The notes under the pieces: generated by a model
What the model was told of the DNA's origin: nothing
What the model saw: the letters and a program-made list of their open reading frames with translations, nothing else
Database searches by the model: none
Part shown: in pieces, positions 45,831 through 59,072 of the stretch
How the letters are laid out: each line of letters begins with the position of its first letter
Numbering within the stretch: position 1 is the first letter of the stretch
Made by a program: the position numbers and the translations under genes
Assembly: GCA_002269645.1 (NCBI GenBank)
Contig: NIVC01003696.1
Coordinates: 1 to 64,000, forward strand
Source of the DNA: Macrostomum lignano
Lineage: Eukaryota
Direction of reading: 5' to 3'
Length of the DNA: 64,000 bases

Positions 45831-48265
45831 TGATGACACCTGATAATTGCACTCCTGACACCTGAGATTGCACTCCTGACAATCTGATGATTGCACTCCT
45901 GACAATCTGATGATTGCACTCCTGACAATCTGATGATTGCACTCCTGACAATCTGATGATTGTGTTGTGCCCGGGTGCACTTGCACCGATGAGCGATCTC
46001 TGGCTCTCGGTCAAAGTGTGCCCGGCTCTGCACTCCCACCCCCCGGCCGCGTGCCTGCGCCAACCCCCCCATTCTGTCTGCGTCAACCCCCCCCCCCATT
46101 CTGTCTGCGTCAACCCCACCCCTCCAGTTGCACCCACCCCACTGCCTGTTGGCCAGCTGGCTTTGGCTGGCTGCGGCCCCAGTGCGCCCCCTCGCTCACC
46201 CTGCGATTGGCTGGTGGTCCGTACCGTAAATCGTAAGCTAAATCGTAATTTTAGCTAGCTGGGCCTGGGGTAGCGATACCCCAGGGCTTAACCAGCTAGC
46301 ACAAATATAAATATATGTAGAAGCGGCAGTAGGGGAGGCATCTCTCTCTCTCTTTCCTTGGAATTGTGCAAGTCACAGCCATAAGTCTAATACTGCAATC
46401 TAGATACCTGTCTATTCTATAGACTGAACAAAGAACATTGAGAGAAGCCACCCCTGCTGCCGCCACCGCTGTTACGCGAAGAAACAGAGTGAGTCGCGTG
46501 TCTTTCTTATTTGAGGGACTGGCGGGAATTAATCTGTGCATTAGGGACGGGCTGATTAAGTCTCCTGACGCGATCCCCCGCTCAGAGTCCGAAGTCAGTC
46601 CGGCCAGTTGACTGACGCCATCTTCGGCTCGTTCACTGTGATAGTCAGGGTAGTGATCCGGCCTATAGCACAACAATTGCACTCCTGACACCTGATGATT
46701 GCACTCCTGACACCTGATGATTGCACTCCTGACACCTGATGATTGCACTCCTGACACCTGATGATTGCACTCCTGACACCTGATGATTGCACTCCTGACA
46801 CCTGATGATTGCAATCCTGACACCTGATGATTGCACTCCTGACACCTGATGATTGCACTCCTGACACCTGATGATTGCACTCCTGACACCTGATGATTGC
46901 AATCCTGACAATCTGATGATTGCACTCCTGACACCTGATGATTGCAATCCTGACAATCTGATGATTGCACTCCTGACACCTGATGATTGCAATCCTGACA
47001 ATCTGATGATTGCACTCCTGACACCTGATGATTGCAATCCTGACAATCTGATGATTGCACTCCTGACACCTGATGATTGCAATTCTGACAATCTGATGAT
47101 TGCACTCCTGACACCTGATGATTGCAATCCTGACAATCTGATGATTGCACTCCTGACACCTGATGATTGCAATCCTGACACCTGATGATTGCACTCCTGA
47201 CACCTGATGATTGCAATCCTGACACCTGATGATTGCACTCCTGACACCTGATGATTGCACTCCTGACACCTGATGATTGCACTCCTGACACCTGATGATT
47301 GCAATCCTGACAATCTGATGATTGCACTCCTGACACCTGATGATTGCAATCCTGACAATCTGATGATTGCACTCCTGACACCCAGGATGATTATACTACT
47401 GACACCTGATGATTGCACTCCTGACACCTGATGATTGCACTCCTGACACCTGATGATTGCACTCCTGACACCTGATGATTGCACTCCTGACACCTGATGA
47501 TTGCACTCCTGACACCCAGGATGATTGCACTCCTGACACCCAGGATGATTATACTACTGACACCTGATGATTGCACTCCTGACACCTGATGATTGCAATC
47601 CTGACAATCTGATGATTGCACTCCTGACACCCAGGATGATTATACTACTGACACCTGATGATTGCACTCCTGACACCTGATGATTGCACTCCTGACACCT
47701 GATGATTGCACTCCTGACACCTGATGATTGCACTCCTGACACCTGATGATTGCACTCCTGACATCTGATGATTGCACTCCTGACACCTGATGATTGCAAT
47801 CCTGACAATCTGATGATTGCACTCCTGACACCCAGGATGATTATACTACTGACACCTGATGATTGCACTCCTGACACCTGATGATTGCAATCCTGACAAT
47901 CTGATGATTGCACTCCTGACACCTGATGATTGCACTCCTGACACCTGATGATTGCACTCCTGACACCTGATGATTGCACTCCTGACACCTGGTGATTGCA
48001 CTCCTGACAATCTGATGATTGCACTCCTGACACCTGATGATTGCACTCCTGACACCTGGTGATTGCACTCCTGACACCTGATGATTGCACTCCTGACAGT
48101 GCTGACACCCAGGATGATTATACTGCTGACACCTGATGATTGCACTCCTGACACCTGGTGATTGCACTCCTGACACCTGATGATTGCAATCCTGACAATC
48201 TGATGATTGCACTCCTGACACCTGGTGATTGCACTCCTGACACCTGATGATTGCACTCCTGACAC
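45830..48265. repeat. 22-bp minisatellite (tgatgattgcactcctgacacc), interrupted by a solo LTR at 45963-46675
   Basis: Direct reading. Confidence 0.96.
45963..46675. mobile_element. Solo LTR (713 bp), probably Ty3/Gypsy type
   Basis: Termini TGTTGTGC...GCACAACA (8-bp inverted, TG...CA); 4-bp TSD ATTG at 45959-45962 and 46676-46679; internal ATTGG and TATAAA. Confidence 0.8.
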
Positions 48266-49169
48266 CTCTGCTCTGCTAGTGTATTATTGCATTGCTGTAA
48301 GCATTGCTCTAGAAATGCACACCACGTCACACCCTCCTTCTCGATTTTGTGCAAAATTTTACACCAAATTAACCTTCAAGTTGGCCCCATGCTAAGCTAT
48401 CTTATTTAAGTTTTCCCACACAGTTTGCTAAGTGGCTGCCCACTTGACAGAGGACTGGCTACCTGGATAGAGCTGGTAATTTTCTATATTAAATTAAACT
48501 GAGTCCGTTGAAGCTAAAGCAATGATCTGCAGTAATCCGAGCGTATGCTAGCTATTATGTCAATTTAAAGACCGCACTCTATACGCATCTCGAACACTAT
48601 TGGTATTTAGACTTGGAAAATTTAAGATTTCAGAGTACGAGCGTACAATACTAAAGATAACGAATGTTCTGTTATAGATCTTCACTTTATTGAGACTAAA
48701 CACATTAAAATAAATATACTAGCGACCATGGCAGTTCTCCACATACTGTAGCTCGTAGAAAGTAGATAAGAAGTCTGGGTGTACGAGCGGACCTGTGCAT
48801 GTACGTTCTTGCGGTTCTGAGACGCGTTCGTCAAGTAGCTCTTCTATACAAAGCAGGATAATCATATAACATGTAGAATTAAAAAGATAAATATCGAGTG
48901 ACAACCCGCGTGCTACACGTATACACTGTGTTAAATAGTTCAGTGCGTACATCTGTGCTGCTTTCTCAGTTGCTTGTCAATTTTGCGACCGCAGCCAATC
49001 AGCAGCGACTTGGACCCATGCAGTCCCTCGTATAGTGTTTTTTTCTCGCTTGCGGTTCTGTGCCTAAAAAGCGGCGGCACTGAGGCGCAATCAAGTCGCA
49101 CATACGAGCGTAGTTAAGTTAGTCGAGTTATTTTACGCAGTTCTGTAATTGTGCCAGTTAGAGAGATCC

Positions 49170-50128
49170 ATGTCAACTAAACAAAAGTCGCAGCAGCAGC
49201 AGCAGCAGCAGTCCGACGTTAAAGACCTGACCGATGCGGAGCTCAAAGATATGCGCGAAGTGTTTCGATTATTCGACAAAGACAACTCTGGCAGCATCAC
49301 CACCGACGAATTGGGAACCGTGATGCGAGCGCTGGGCCAGAATCCTACAGAGGCCGAGCTGCGCGACATCATCAATGAACTCGATATCGACGGCAACGGG
49401 CACATCGATTTTGACGAGTTTCGCGTGCTGATGAGTCGACGGACGAAGGAGTCGGACACGGAGGCTGAACTGCGTGAGGCCTTTCGAGTGAGTTGATATT
49501 AATTCGTTTGTTAACTAATTTGACAAGCTATTCAGTTCGTCAGTTAGCTTACATTCCACTGGCCCCGGAAGACACAACTAGCGCTTACGGATATGTAACG
49601 CCGGAACGAACCCACATGGCGTTGTACATCTGACATGATTTTCTCATCATCTCATGCGGTGTACACTGCTCATTCCGCCGACTCCCCTAAGCACGTACGC
49701 AGTCATACGCACAGGCACACACTCACACAAGAGTGTACAGCGGCCCTAACTATTTATCGTTAGGCATGTACACTTCACTGTGCCTTGGGGGTTGGCTCTC
49801 AAGGACGAGTTAATTGCACGAGCAGAGCCAAGCCGAGATTCCAATCCAGACCACTAGGGTACCACGGGAGGTTCATTCCTTCATTTTGGTTTAATTTTAG
49901 TATCTGATAGCGGTGACTTCCGCATCCCGTCGTTGCTTCTGTCAGGTATTCGACAAGGATGGCAACGGCAGCATCTCGGCGGCCGAGCTGAAAACCGTCA
50001 TGTGCAGTCTGGGCGAGAAGCTGACGGACGAAGAGGTCGACGAGATGATTCGCGAGGCCGATCTGAACGGAGACGGCGAGATCGACTATGAAGAGTTCGT
50101 CATCATGATGACCAAGCAGATGCAGTAG
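49170..50128 (+). CDS. Calmodulin-like EF-hand protein, 166 aa; exons 49170-49487 and 49946-50128
   Basis: Four canonical EF loops [48 protein letters not shown]; [10 protein letters not shown] and [18 protein letters not shown]; phase-0 GT-AG intron. Confidence 0.95.
49560..49850 (-). mobile_element. SINE family A copy inside the calmodulin-like intron
   Basis: Near-identical over ~200 bp to 34460-34630 (ccattccgccgactcccct...ttaggcatgtacacttcactgtgccttgggggttg...gagcagagccaag). Confidence 0.75.
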
Positions 50129-50684
50129 CCATCTTGTATTCTGCATTTGACAGCAGAAATTTTGATGGACTTCTAACCCTGCACTCCTAGATGGAAATGC
50201 ACTTATCCGTTCGTTAGGGATCAAAGAGCATCAATGAGTTTTAGACTTTCGCCCGCCGAAATATCACTGATGAAGGATGCCAGCTTCCTGTGCACTTCCA
50301 GATACTCTACGTCAAGCTCTAGCCAAGCAGAAAGGCCAAATGCTATTGTTAAATGCGAGTATCGATTGTTTTTTTATTTACTAACTGTCCGTGATTTAGA
50401 TGGAACCCTAGTTAGAACTGCTTATTTGCGTCGCATATTGGTAAAAGTTAAGTTACGCTCGTAACTTATACAAATGTAGTACGTGTAATGCATTGATGAA
50501 GACACACGCTTGTATACATTTAATTGATGTCTATTCACAGAAAACTTTGTATAAATATAAATTTCTTATGAATACATAGTTGCTCACTATCGGCAATACA
50601 AAATATTCTCTTGCAAAAGCATTCGAGTCACTGTAGCAAAATTGTACCGTATGAGCTAAACTTTGGAATCTGAGAGATCATATT

Positions 50685-51060
50685 GAGCCTTGGCATCTAA
50701 GCAACCCGCCATGACCCTATGAGCCTTGGCATCTAAGCAATCCGCCATGACCCCATGAGCCTTGGCATCTAAGCAACCCGCCATGACCCTCTGAGCCTTG
50801 GCATCTAAGCAACCCTCCATGACCCCATGAGCCTTGGCATCTAAGCAACCCTCCATGACCCCATGAGCCTTGGCATCAATAAGCAACCCACCATGACCCC
50901 ATGAGCCTTGGCATCTAAGCAACCCTCCATGACTTCATGAGCCTTGGCATCTAAGCAACCCACCATGACCCCATGAGCCTTGGCATCAATAAGCAACCCG
51001 CCATGACCCCATGAGCGTTGGCATCAATAAGCAACCCGCCATGACCCTATGAGTCTTGAC
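50685..51060. repeat. 36-bp minisatellite (gagccttggcatctaagcaacccgccatgaccccat)
   Basis: Direct reading; a monomer-like fragment also lies at ~30100-30120. Confidence 0.92.
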
Positions 51061-54037
51061 ATCCAAGCAATTCCAACCTTGGCCCACTAAGTAAATGCGA
51101 CTATCTAAAATTGAAATAATTGCATGAAGAATAGGGCCAAATATGGTGATGCAATAAAAGCGCACAAGGTCGACTTACAGGTAAAACGACCCGCTCACTG
51201 TAATAAACTTTAGCAGACAAGGCAATGGCGAGAATTTCTTTCTCTCAAGCTAACCCCCGCCCCCCCTCCCCTACAAGCAGTCCCTGCTGGGCATTCCAGT
51301 CAATAGGCTTGTGCTCAAATGAAACATCAAAGAGTTGGCCCTAAACCTATTCAACCTATTTAGCATATAGCTATTCGCCCCGTGAGAAGTGCGAATTCTA
51401 GCTAACAGCAATGAATGGCTTGCCAGGCCCCCATAAACAAGGCTGGAATTGCTTCTCCTAGCTTATTTTTCGAGTGTCGGCTTTGTGCCGCCGGCTCACT
51501 TACATCAAAATGTATTGCTAAGTCTATATGAATAGCTTGAGTGCTCAAGTCTCACTGAGTAGTCGCCCTGGCGGACCCCTGACTTGCTTCTCTTGTGAGC
51601 TGCTCTTGGCTGGGGGTGGGGTAGTTTTAACTTGAGGAAGTTCAGCTGAAGAGATGTTGAGCGCTGCTAACATGACGTGAGAGAGTAAGTGACAAAGCGA
51701 TGAGCAAAATCGATATTCAGGTGTGGCTAGTTCGTCGCTGGGACAATGAGCCACTTTCTTGGAGTAAAAAAAGTAAAGAGCCTTGACTTTCTTTTATACT
51801 GGTACTGGTTACTGTTAATCTAAATTCGGCTCTTAGTTATTATACATGCATAACAAACAAAAATGGAATAAATAAAACGATTTGATTTTTCACTTTCGCT
51901 CTTTGTAGCGAACTGACCAGAATATGAGATTTCTTCAGTTTTTTATTATTCAGAACAGCCAAAAACGATAGTGAAAACTTATTGAAAGAGAGCTCGTGGA
52001 CCGGGCGGTCAGGAAATCTTTGGAATACAGTTAGTGAAGCTCAAATGGCTGCAGGCGTTACACAAATCTAGTAAATAGCCTGCTGTATGTTATCTATATC
52101 GTCTCCAGCAATACTAAACCTGTTGGTGTCTCAAGAAGCGATATTGGTGATTGGTCAGGATTCAATGAGTCTCTTTTTACCAAACCATGCAGTTCGTGAT
52201 GTTAACGTTCGGAAGCGAGTCTAACTAAGACTTCTTGAGTTCTGCACAGCTGCACGATGAACTGTTTGTAGCGTTAAAGCCGGAGATCAGGTGCTGAATG
52301 TCGTCCGGAAGAGCAGAACGGAAGATGTCTTGTAGAACGGCGCGGATGAGTGCCGCTCTTAACGCTCAATACAAGATGCTCAAGGGTGTTCACCATGTTG
52401 ACTGGCATGAGTATGGCGAAATCAGTGATGCACAGCTCGTAGCGAGGGCACAGTGGGTCGGTCAATCGACATGAATCTCCATTGTTGCTTTTGTCGCTCC
52501 TCACAGTTCCAGGCTCGCGTACTGTAAAGTGAGGGGCTTGGCTTTTCTTTAAATCGGATGCAACTAAATGTTTTGCCTGTGGATACCACATTGCGGAACT
52601 CCGCTGCAGCAATCCTTGTTGATCCTCTCCACAGGATTTTATCAAATAGATATCGCAGTTGAATGCAGCAGATTTTTTTGGACGAGTACTTTATTACTAC
52701 GACGAGAGGGTACTACGAGAGGGTGGGAATTTTGCTGAATTATTTTTCAGATAGCGCATGTTGTTTCCAATTTAGCGTCTTCGTATTCATAAAATTTGCT
52801 AGTTAAAGAGAAAGGCTCTTTTTACAGCAGCAATTGTTGAACGAAAGAATGATGAGAAGTATCCTGCAGGAGCAGATTTTCTTTTCTCAATTCAATCACT
52901 ATTGTCTAATGTCTGCAATTATTGAAATATCTGAAAGAAAGCATTTCGTGTTCTCGTATATGCGGGCGAAAAGTTTAGTTTCAGGCAATATACCGGTATA
53001 GAATACCCTACTAGCCCCCACTTCACAGTACGTGAGCCTGTGACTTTGAGGGCAGACAATTGAAGCAACAATAGTACAACGGAGGGAACGAGGTGTATCT
53101 CAGAATTTTGTGCTCAGATACTGTGAAAGTCATACACTGAAAAAGTTTTAGTCACTGTCTGAGCTTGACTACTTATTAATTGTTCGATAGGAATATATAT
53201 TTAACTATGTGTTACATGCAATTATGTTTGTAGACCCAGATCCAAGCGCAATATATAGAATAGAACGATATAATTCAATGAATGCTTCAAATAATTCCTC
53301 AGATGAATAACTGCGGCGGGGGGGGGCTTTTTTGCTTCATTTTTGCACGCTCAAAACGATAAATAGCTCGTATGTTGTATTATCAATCACTTACCCCCTG
53401 GTAAATGAACTCTCAACTGTTACAACATGATAGAGACATAACTTGCAATGTCGGCGGATCGATTGGTGGTGGTACGTTCACTTAATCTCCGGATTCGTTA
53501 ATTAGTTAATTTCTAAATTTAAGTTAGTAATTTTTTCCTGCATGGTATCGGGATCACTATCTTCTCTAATATATAGGCCATCTCTCGACACATCTTACAT
53601 GTAGCTGTCTTAGGGCTGACCGTCTGAGTGATTCTGGCTGGACTACGAACCAGCTGAGGCCACAGAGTATAATTTCTTTGCTAAAGTCGGCCCCTGCATG
53701 CAATGCAATCCACTGCAAGGTATCCACTGTGCATGTGTATTGCAATGAAACTGGTCCTCTCATCTCACAAACGTCGCAGGCGTCAGTCGAAATGCCTGCA
53801 CATATGTTGCTGGGCCACCGCGCCACTCTCCCAGATGCTCATGCAGTTTCTGGGCCACACTGCCATCCTAACATTTGCACCCGTAACGGCATTAAATACA
53901 TGTAATTTAGTTTTTATCCTGAGGCCAGACTGTTTTTGAAAGATTTTGCGCGGGAATTCAACTTTTATGCTTGTAATATATATTCATAGATTTGCCAGAG
54001 TGCTCATGCTGTCGTACGAGCGTAGGATTCAAGAATT

Positions 54038-54581
54038 CGGGGGCTGAATTCCATGGATTTTATGGTGGGGGACAAAGCCAATAATTATACATGTACATGA
54101 ATAAATTCTTACATGTACATTATTCTCAGAATCGGTTGTTGTCAGCGCACTCATTTTAGCGCCTCAGGCACTCATTTTTAGCGCCGCAGGCACTCACTTT
54201 AGCGCCTCAGGCACTCATTTTAGCGCCTCAGGCACTCATTTTTAGCGCCGCAGGCACTCATTTTTAGCGCCTCAGGCACTCATTTTAGCGTCGCAGGAAC
54301 TCATTTTAGCGCCGCAGGCACTCATTTTAGCGCCGCAGGCACTCATTTTTAGCACCTCAGGCACTCATTTTAGCGCCGAAGGCACTCATTTTGGCGTCGC
54401 TGCAGGCACTCATTTTAGCATTGCAGGCACTATGCCTTGTCGCCCTGCAGCAAAATTATTGATTTCCATAACGGGTCAGGTGGGGTCGGGGGACAAAGCA
54501 TTAGATTAGGCATGTCCCCCGGATCTTTTACTGAGGGGGGACATGTCCCCCCCCCTGTCCCCCCCGTTGGCGACGCCCCTG
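54038..54581. mobile_element. hAT-type MITE (544 bp) carrying an internal ~23-bp tandem array (54140-54430)
   Basis: 8-bp TSD CAAGAATT at 54030-54037 and 54582-54589; termini CGGGGGC... / ...GCCCCTG. Confidence 0.7.
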
Positions 54582-56768
54582 CAAGAATTGTGGTATACCA
54601 GTATCGAAACAACACCAAAATGCACTTGAAGTCCATAAAGCCTAAGATCAAAAGGAGAAAAGTCGGCAAAAAGCTGACACGCAGATTGTCTTCCGAAGCA
54701 ATACGAGCGTACAGTTTGGAACTATGATTAAAAGCCAAAATGATCAAATAACAAATTATTATTAATTGTCCCAAAAATATAAAAAATTGTAGATAAAATA
54801 TTTTAAAACTGTGCTCCTTGCTACATATGGTCGGTGTTAGTTTAAATAGGTAGCTTCACTTAACTTGGATTGTTAATGCTCACTCAAAAAACAATCATGA
54901 ACTCAGTTGAAATGACCATAGGAGCTATGTCTAAGATCAATAGTGTGGATATAAAAACCTTACTCAACCTAACCAAACTATAGCTTCAGATAAACTAGGC
55001 CCCTCTCACTATTTTGTTAACTGCTATGGCCACATTCAAGAAGGTATCACATGCACCGGAGTATTTTTAAGCATATTTTTGCGCTGTGCGCGACGTATAA
55101 TTACATTTTTTCGCCGAGTTAATTGTTATTGGCAATATGAAGTGCATAAAACACTAACAGTGAATCGCAGCCAGAGAATAAACCGAAAAACGAAAAACGC
55201 AAAACAAAACAAATTTTAAATATTTATTTGACACTTTTTGTTCTTATACGCAGTTATTGTTTAAAACTCTGTATAATTCTAAAAATTACGTTTAAAATTG
55301 CGTTAACTTAAAATCCGTTGAAAATTTCCTCGAAATACTATTTTAAATTTAAATTTTAATTTCGTAAATTTGTATTTATTATTATTATTGCAAAACTCGT
55401 ACTTATGCATAAGGTTTTCCTTCTACTCTTGAATTTTTATTTAATACACTGACGTATACTGGCCAAACAGGCTTCCCGCCTGAGCCAAACTTACTACTAC
55501 TACTACTACGAGCTACTTTCAAGACCGCGGTCGTTGTTTAAGTGGCGCACTCATCGATTGTAATACATAATACAATCCGAGTATACAAAAAAGCCCATTT
55601 CTCGCACTACACACAGTACTTAAACGACGAATTTTGTGCACACCCTTGTGTGCCAAATTTTTCTGATCAGTTTTTAGTTGTTACGCCGATAGTATATTTT
55701 TCTAATTAGCTTTTGCTGTGCATGTGCCATGATGTGCGCAGTGTGCGTCGCCTTGCGCAAACTTTTTGTTTATGAGCGCTGGAATTATCTGCCATAATAT
55801 ACAAGTTTTTACGTGTGGATTAGTCTTCTAGTTGCTTTTGGCCTAGCAATTTAGTTTTGTTTCTTTAGGTTAGGCCCTACTTTATTGCATGCCATGGCAT
55901 GGGCATGGGCAATATTATATAAATATAATAGAAAATTTCTAGGCCTACTAGAAATTGAAGAATTAATACATATTAAAATAAGATTTTTAAACATTAATAA
56001 GTATCTAAAGTATCCAAGTGATCAAAAGTCAGAACTAGGGTGCATGAGAATTTTCCAAAGCATAGGCCGTAGTCTTGAGTACGGATCTTAATACATATTA
56101 AGATCTCACTTTAAACGTGAGTAACGTGAGTACTGCTAGCAATATCTTGCTTATATATTGCTAACATATATAAGCAATATGTTAAAACTATGCATGCAAG
56201 ATTTTTTTGCTTTGCACACTGCATGTGGGAGGGTTGCATTAAATTCACTAATTTGCCAATGGACTGGGGGCATTGAACTGCAGAAGGCAGCTAGGTCTAT
56301 AGAAGCTTCAAGTTTGATTCTATAAAACAATGTCTTCTGATGAAGTATTCAATTTTTTTTAACAAGAGACAGCAAATAAGCAACACTTAAAGAAATGCTT
56401 ATTGTAGTGATTTTAATAATAATATATTGCCTTCTAGTACTAAAAACATTGCATATTTTATCATTATTTTAGAATAATTATTTTAAAAAGTATCATATAA
56501 TGTTTTTAAAGGCCTAAAAAATTCCTGTGAGACATAGTTCTAGTGGCAAATTCATAGCTCTGATAGTGGTGAGATGCCAAAAAAACTTTAAATGTGGCAC
56601 TATTGTGCAAAACATTGCAAAAAAACTTTTCTAACTCCTTGCTATATGCTATGCATATAGTACTAGACTGCCTGGAACCTTGTACGCAAGAATTTTCCTC
56701 ACAAAACAGCATCTTTGGGAGTAGGCCTATGGCCCATAGGCTTACACTTAGGAATGTCTACCAAGATC

Positions 56769-57444
56769 CCATAGTCAGGAAGGTGGCAAATGCACGCGGG
56801 AATCAATTTATGGAAAAATCCTTGGTGCACGCCAATGTACGCCAATTTTTAAAAACCCTTAACGTGACATTTCTGTTGCACGCCAAAAATCTTGAATACC
56901 AAAAATCATGTACGCCAAAAATTGTGTATACCGTATTAGATACTATTTTTAAATAAATTTTCTACTTACGTTAAACAAAGTTTATATAAAAAAAGGAAAT
57001 TCGCTACAAAGAACATAGTGAGTATCAAAAACTTTTTCTTCACATTTCAGGAAACAAATAAACTAAAAGTCTACAAGAGTCACAAAATAAGAGCGTTTAA
57101 AAGTTATTGGATATTTTAATTTTAATGTAGGCTGTAGAGTGTAGGCCTGGCTGTAGGCTAGGCTATAGCCTCAACTAGTTGGTTTAATCAATATTCAAAT
57201 TCAATTGTTCACATTTAACTTTATATATTGTATATATATAGTGTATACATCTATATCTGACTTGTTATATACTGTCAGTTTGTAATTGCACGCCAAGGTT
57301 ACACGCCAAGTAAAAAACTTGTACACTGAAAATTTAAGTGTGGCTTGAGACCCCTATTCGCACGCCAACTTTGCACGCCAACATTTTAGCGTGGCTTGTG
57401 CACGCGGGAAAATTCCCACGTGCAGGCCACCTTCCTGAGTATGG
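56769..57444. mobile_element. MITE 1 (676 bp) with CCATAGTCAGGA-type TIRs
   Basis: TIRs CCATAGTCAGGAAGGTGGCAAATGCACGCGGGAAT versus reverse complement CCATACTCAGGAAGGTGGCCTGCACGTGGGAAT; 8-bp TSD CCAAGATC on both sides. Confidence 0.88.
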
Positions 57445-57588
57445 CCAAGATCCCATTGCAGAGATGTTGGAAAATTTATGTTGTTTATTTCTCTTCTATT
57501 TAATTGTCTTATTTTTTTAGGCTATAGAGTTTTTTCTATAGGCCTATTATATGCCTGTGTTTCTATATGTAGATTAGGTCCCATATAT

Positions 57589-58177
57589 CCATAGTCAGGA
57601 TGATGTACATTACGCCAGAAATTTCTGGCGTACAATTGAAAATTTTACTTTTTTTGGCATACAATTGGCATAAAAAATGAGGCAAAATATATTTGGCATT
57701 CCTTTTGGTGTGACGCCGTGGTGTAAATATGCCAAGCAACGCATGCCAACTCCAACCTTCATGCCAAAGTTAATATTAACAATTGTTGGCATAACACCGT
57801 AACCTCAGAATCTTATTATAAAATCATAAAAACCGTAAAACTCGTAAGATGAAAGTTCATAACTATTCGGGATTAATAAAAATTTAAAATTCCACGCAAA
57901 CTAATCGTGTAATTTTCTAAAAAACTTAAACAAAAAATTGATTTTTGTTGGCATTTTCTGTAAGCCAATTTACTTTTAATGAAAACCACATATTTTTTTA
58001 AATAATTTATTTGAAGAAAAATGTGTAACACGCAAAAAAGGTCATTTATTGTCGCAAAGCCTAGAAAACCTGGCGTAAGTTCCTAGGACCTTGGCGTACG
58101 TTTCAGTATGAAATGGCATAGATTTTTTTAGGGGACTTTTTATTCCGGCGTATACCATGACATGATCCTGACTATGG
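57589..58177. mobile_element. MITE 2 (589 bp) with CCATAGTCAGGA-type TIRs
   Basis: TIRs CCATAGTCAGGATGATGT versus reverse complement CCATAGTCAGGATCATGT; 8-bp TSD CCATATAT at 57581-57588 and 58178-58185. Confidence 0.88.
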
Positions 58178-58914
58178 CCATATATTATATCTATGAAATT
58201 AAATGAAAAAATAAACAACAAAAATAAACAAGTTAAATAAAACTTCTTTGCTTTTAAATAATAAAACCACATTTGCCACTTTTAAATATATTTTAGATAA
58301 AATTCATATGAAATTAAACAAGTGCTTTGAAAATTTTTAAGAAGCAAAGACAGTATTTAAAATAAACTATTTAAAATAGAATGTAATAGAGTAAACAGAC
58401 TGAACTAGAAAAATGGATAAGAAGGAATCTTGTTTTTTTTAATTTAAATGATATATAATATTAAATGCAATTCTTGAAGAATATCAAAGCTAAAGAAATT
58501 TTCTACTTAAAAAGTGCAAATATGCTACAAATGGCAAAGTATGTTAAAAGTGCTATATATTTTTGAAATTTTCAATTTTTTTATTTGTATGTATAACTTT
58601 TTTTATTAAAATATATAGCACTTATATTTATGTTAATAAAAAATACATAAATGTTTTAATAAAAAAATATTTTTTTACTTACTTTTTATTTATTTATTTA
58701 TTTATTATTTAAATAAAAAGATTATATAAAATAAAAAGATTGTATAAAATTTATAAAAAAAATTATTATTTATAATTTGATTTTAAATAAAATGATGATT
58801 TTATTATAAATGATGATTTGGTGATTTTAATTTTTTAATTAAGTAATTAATTTTTTAATTTAAACATTCATATATATTTATTAACATGTTTTTAACAATA
58901 TATCTAAATATTGT

Positions 58915-59072
58915 CTCTGTATATACTAAAACTGACGCGATGTTTGTCTGTCTGTATGTTGCAAGTGAACTCCTACAATACTAGCAAGTCAGCATCAAAA
59001 CTTAGCAGAAAACTGCTTTTTTTAACCCCTAATAACCTTCTTTGGCCACACTGCTTGGGGCTGTAGCCAGTT
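58915..59072 (+). mobile_element. Possible short non-autonomous Helitron remnant
   Basis: TC-TGTATATACTAAAAC...TGTTTGTCTGTCTGT start and a GC-rich patch ending agccagt; decayed. Confidence 0.3.

Noticed and set aside
45830-48265. CTGATGA in every satellite unit read as hammerhead cores or C/D snoRNA boxes
   Set aside because: No downstream GAAA, stems or matching box pair
48817-48850. Second hammerhead-like motif on the minus strand (tagaagagctacttgacgaacgcgtc)
   Set aside because: Core is broken (TAGAAGA instead of CTGANGA, GAAC instead of GAAAC) and there is no stem II; at best a dead pLTR trace
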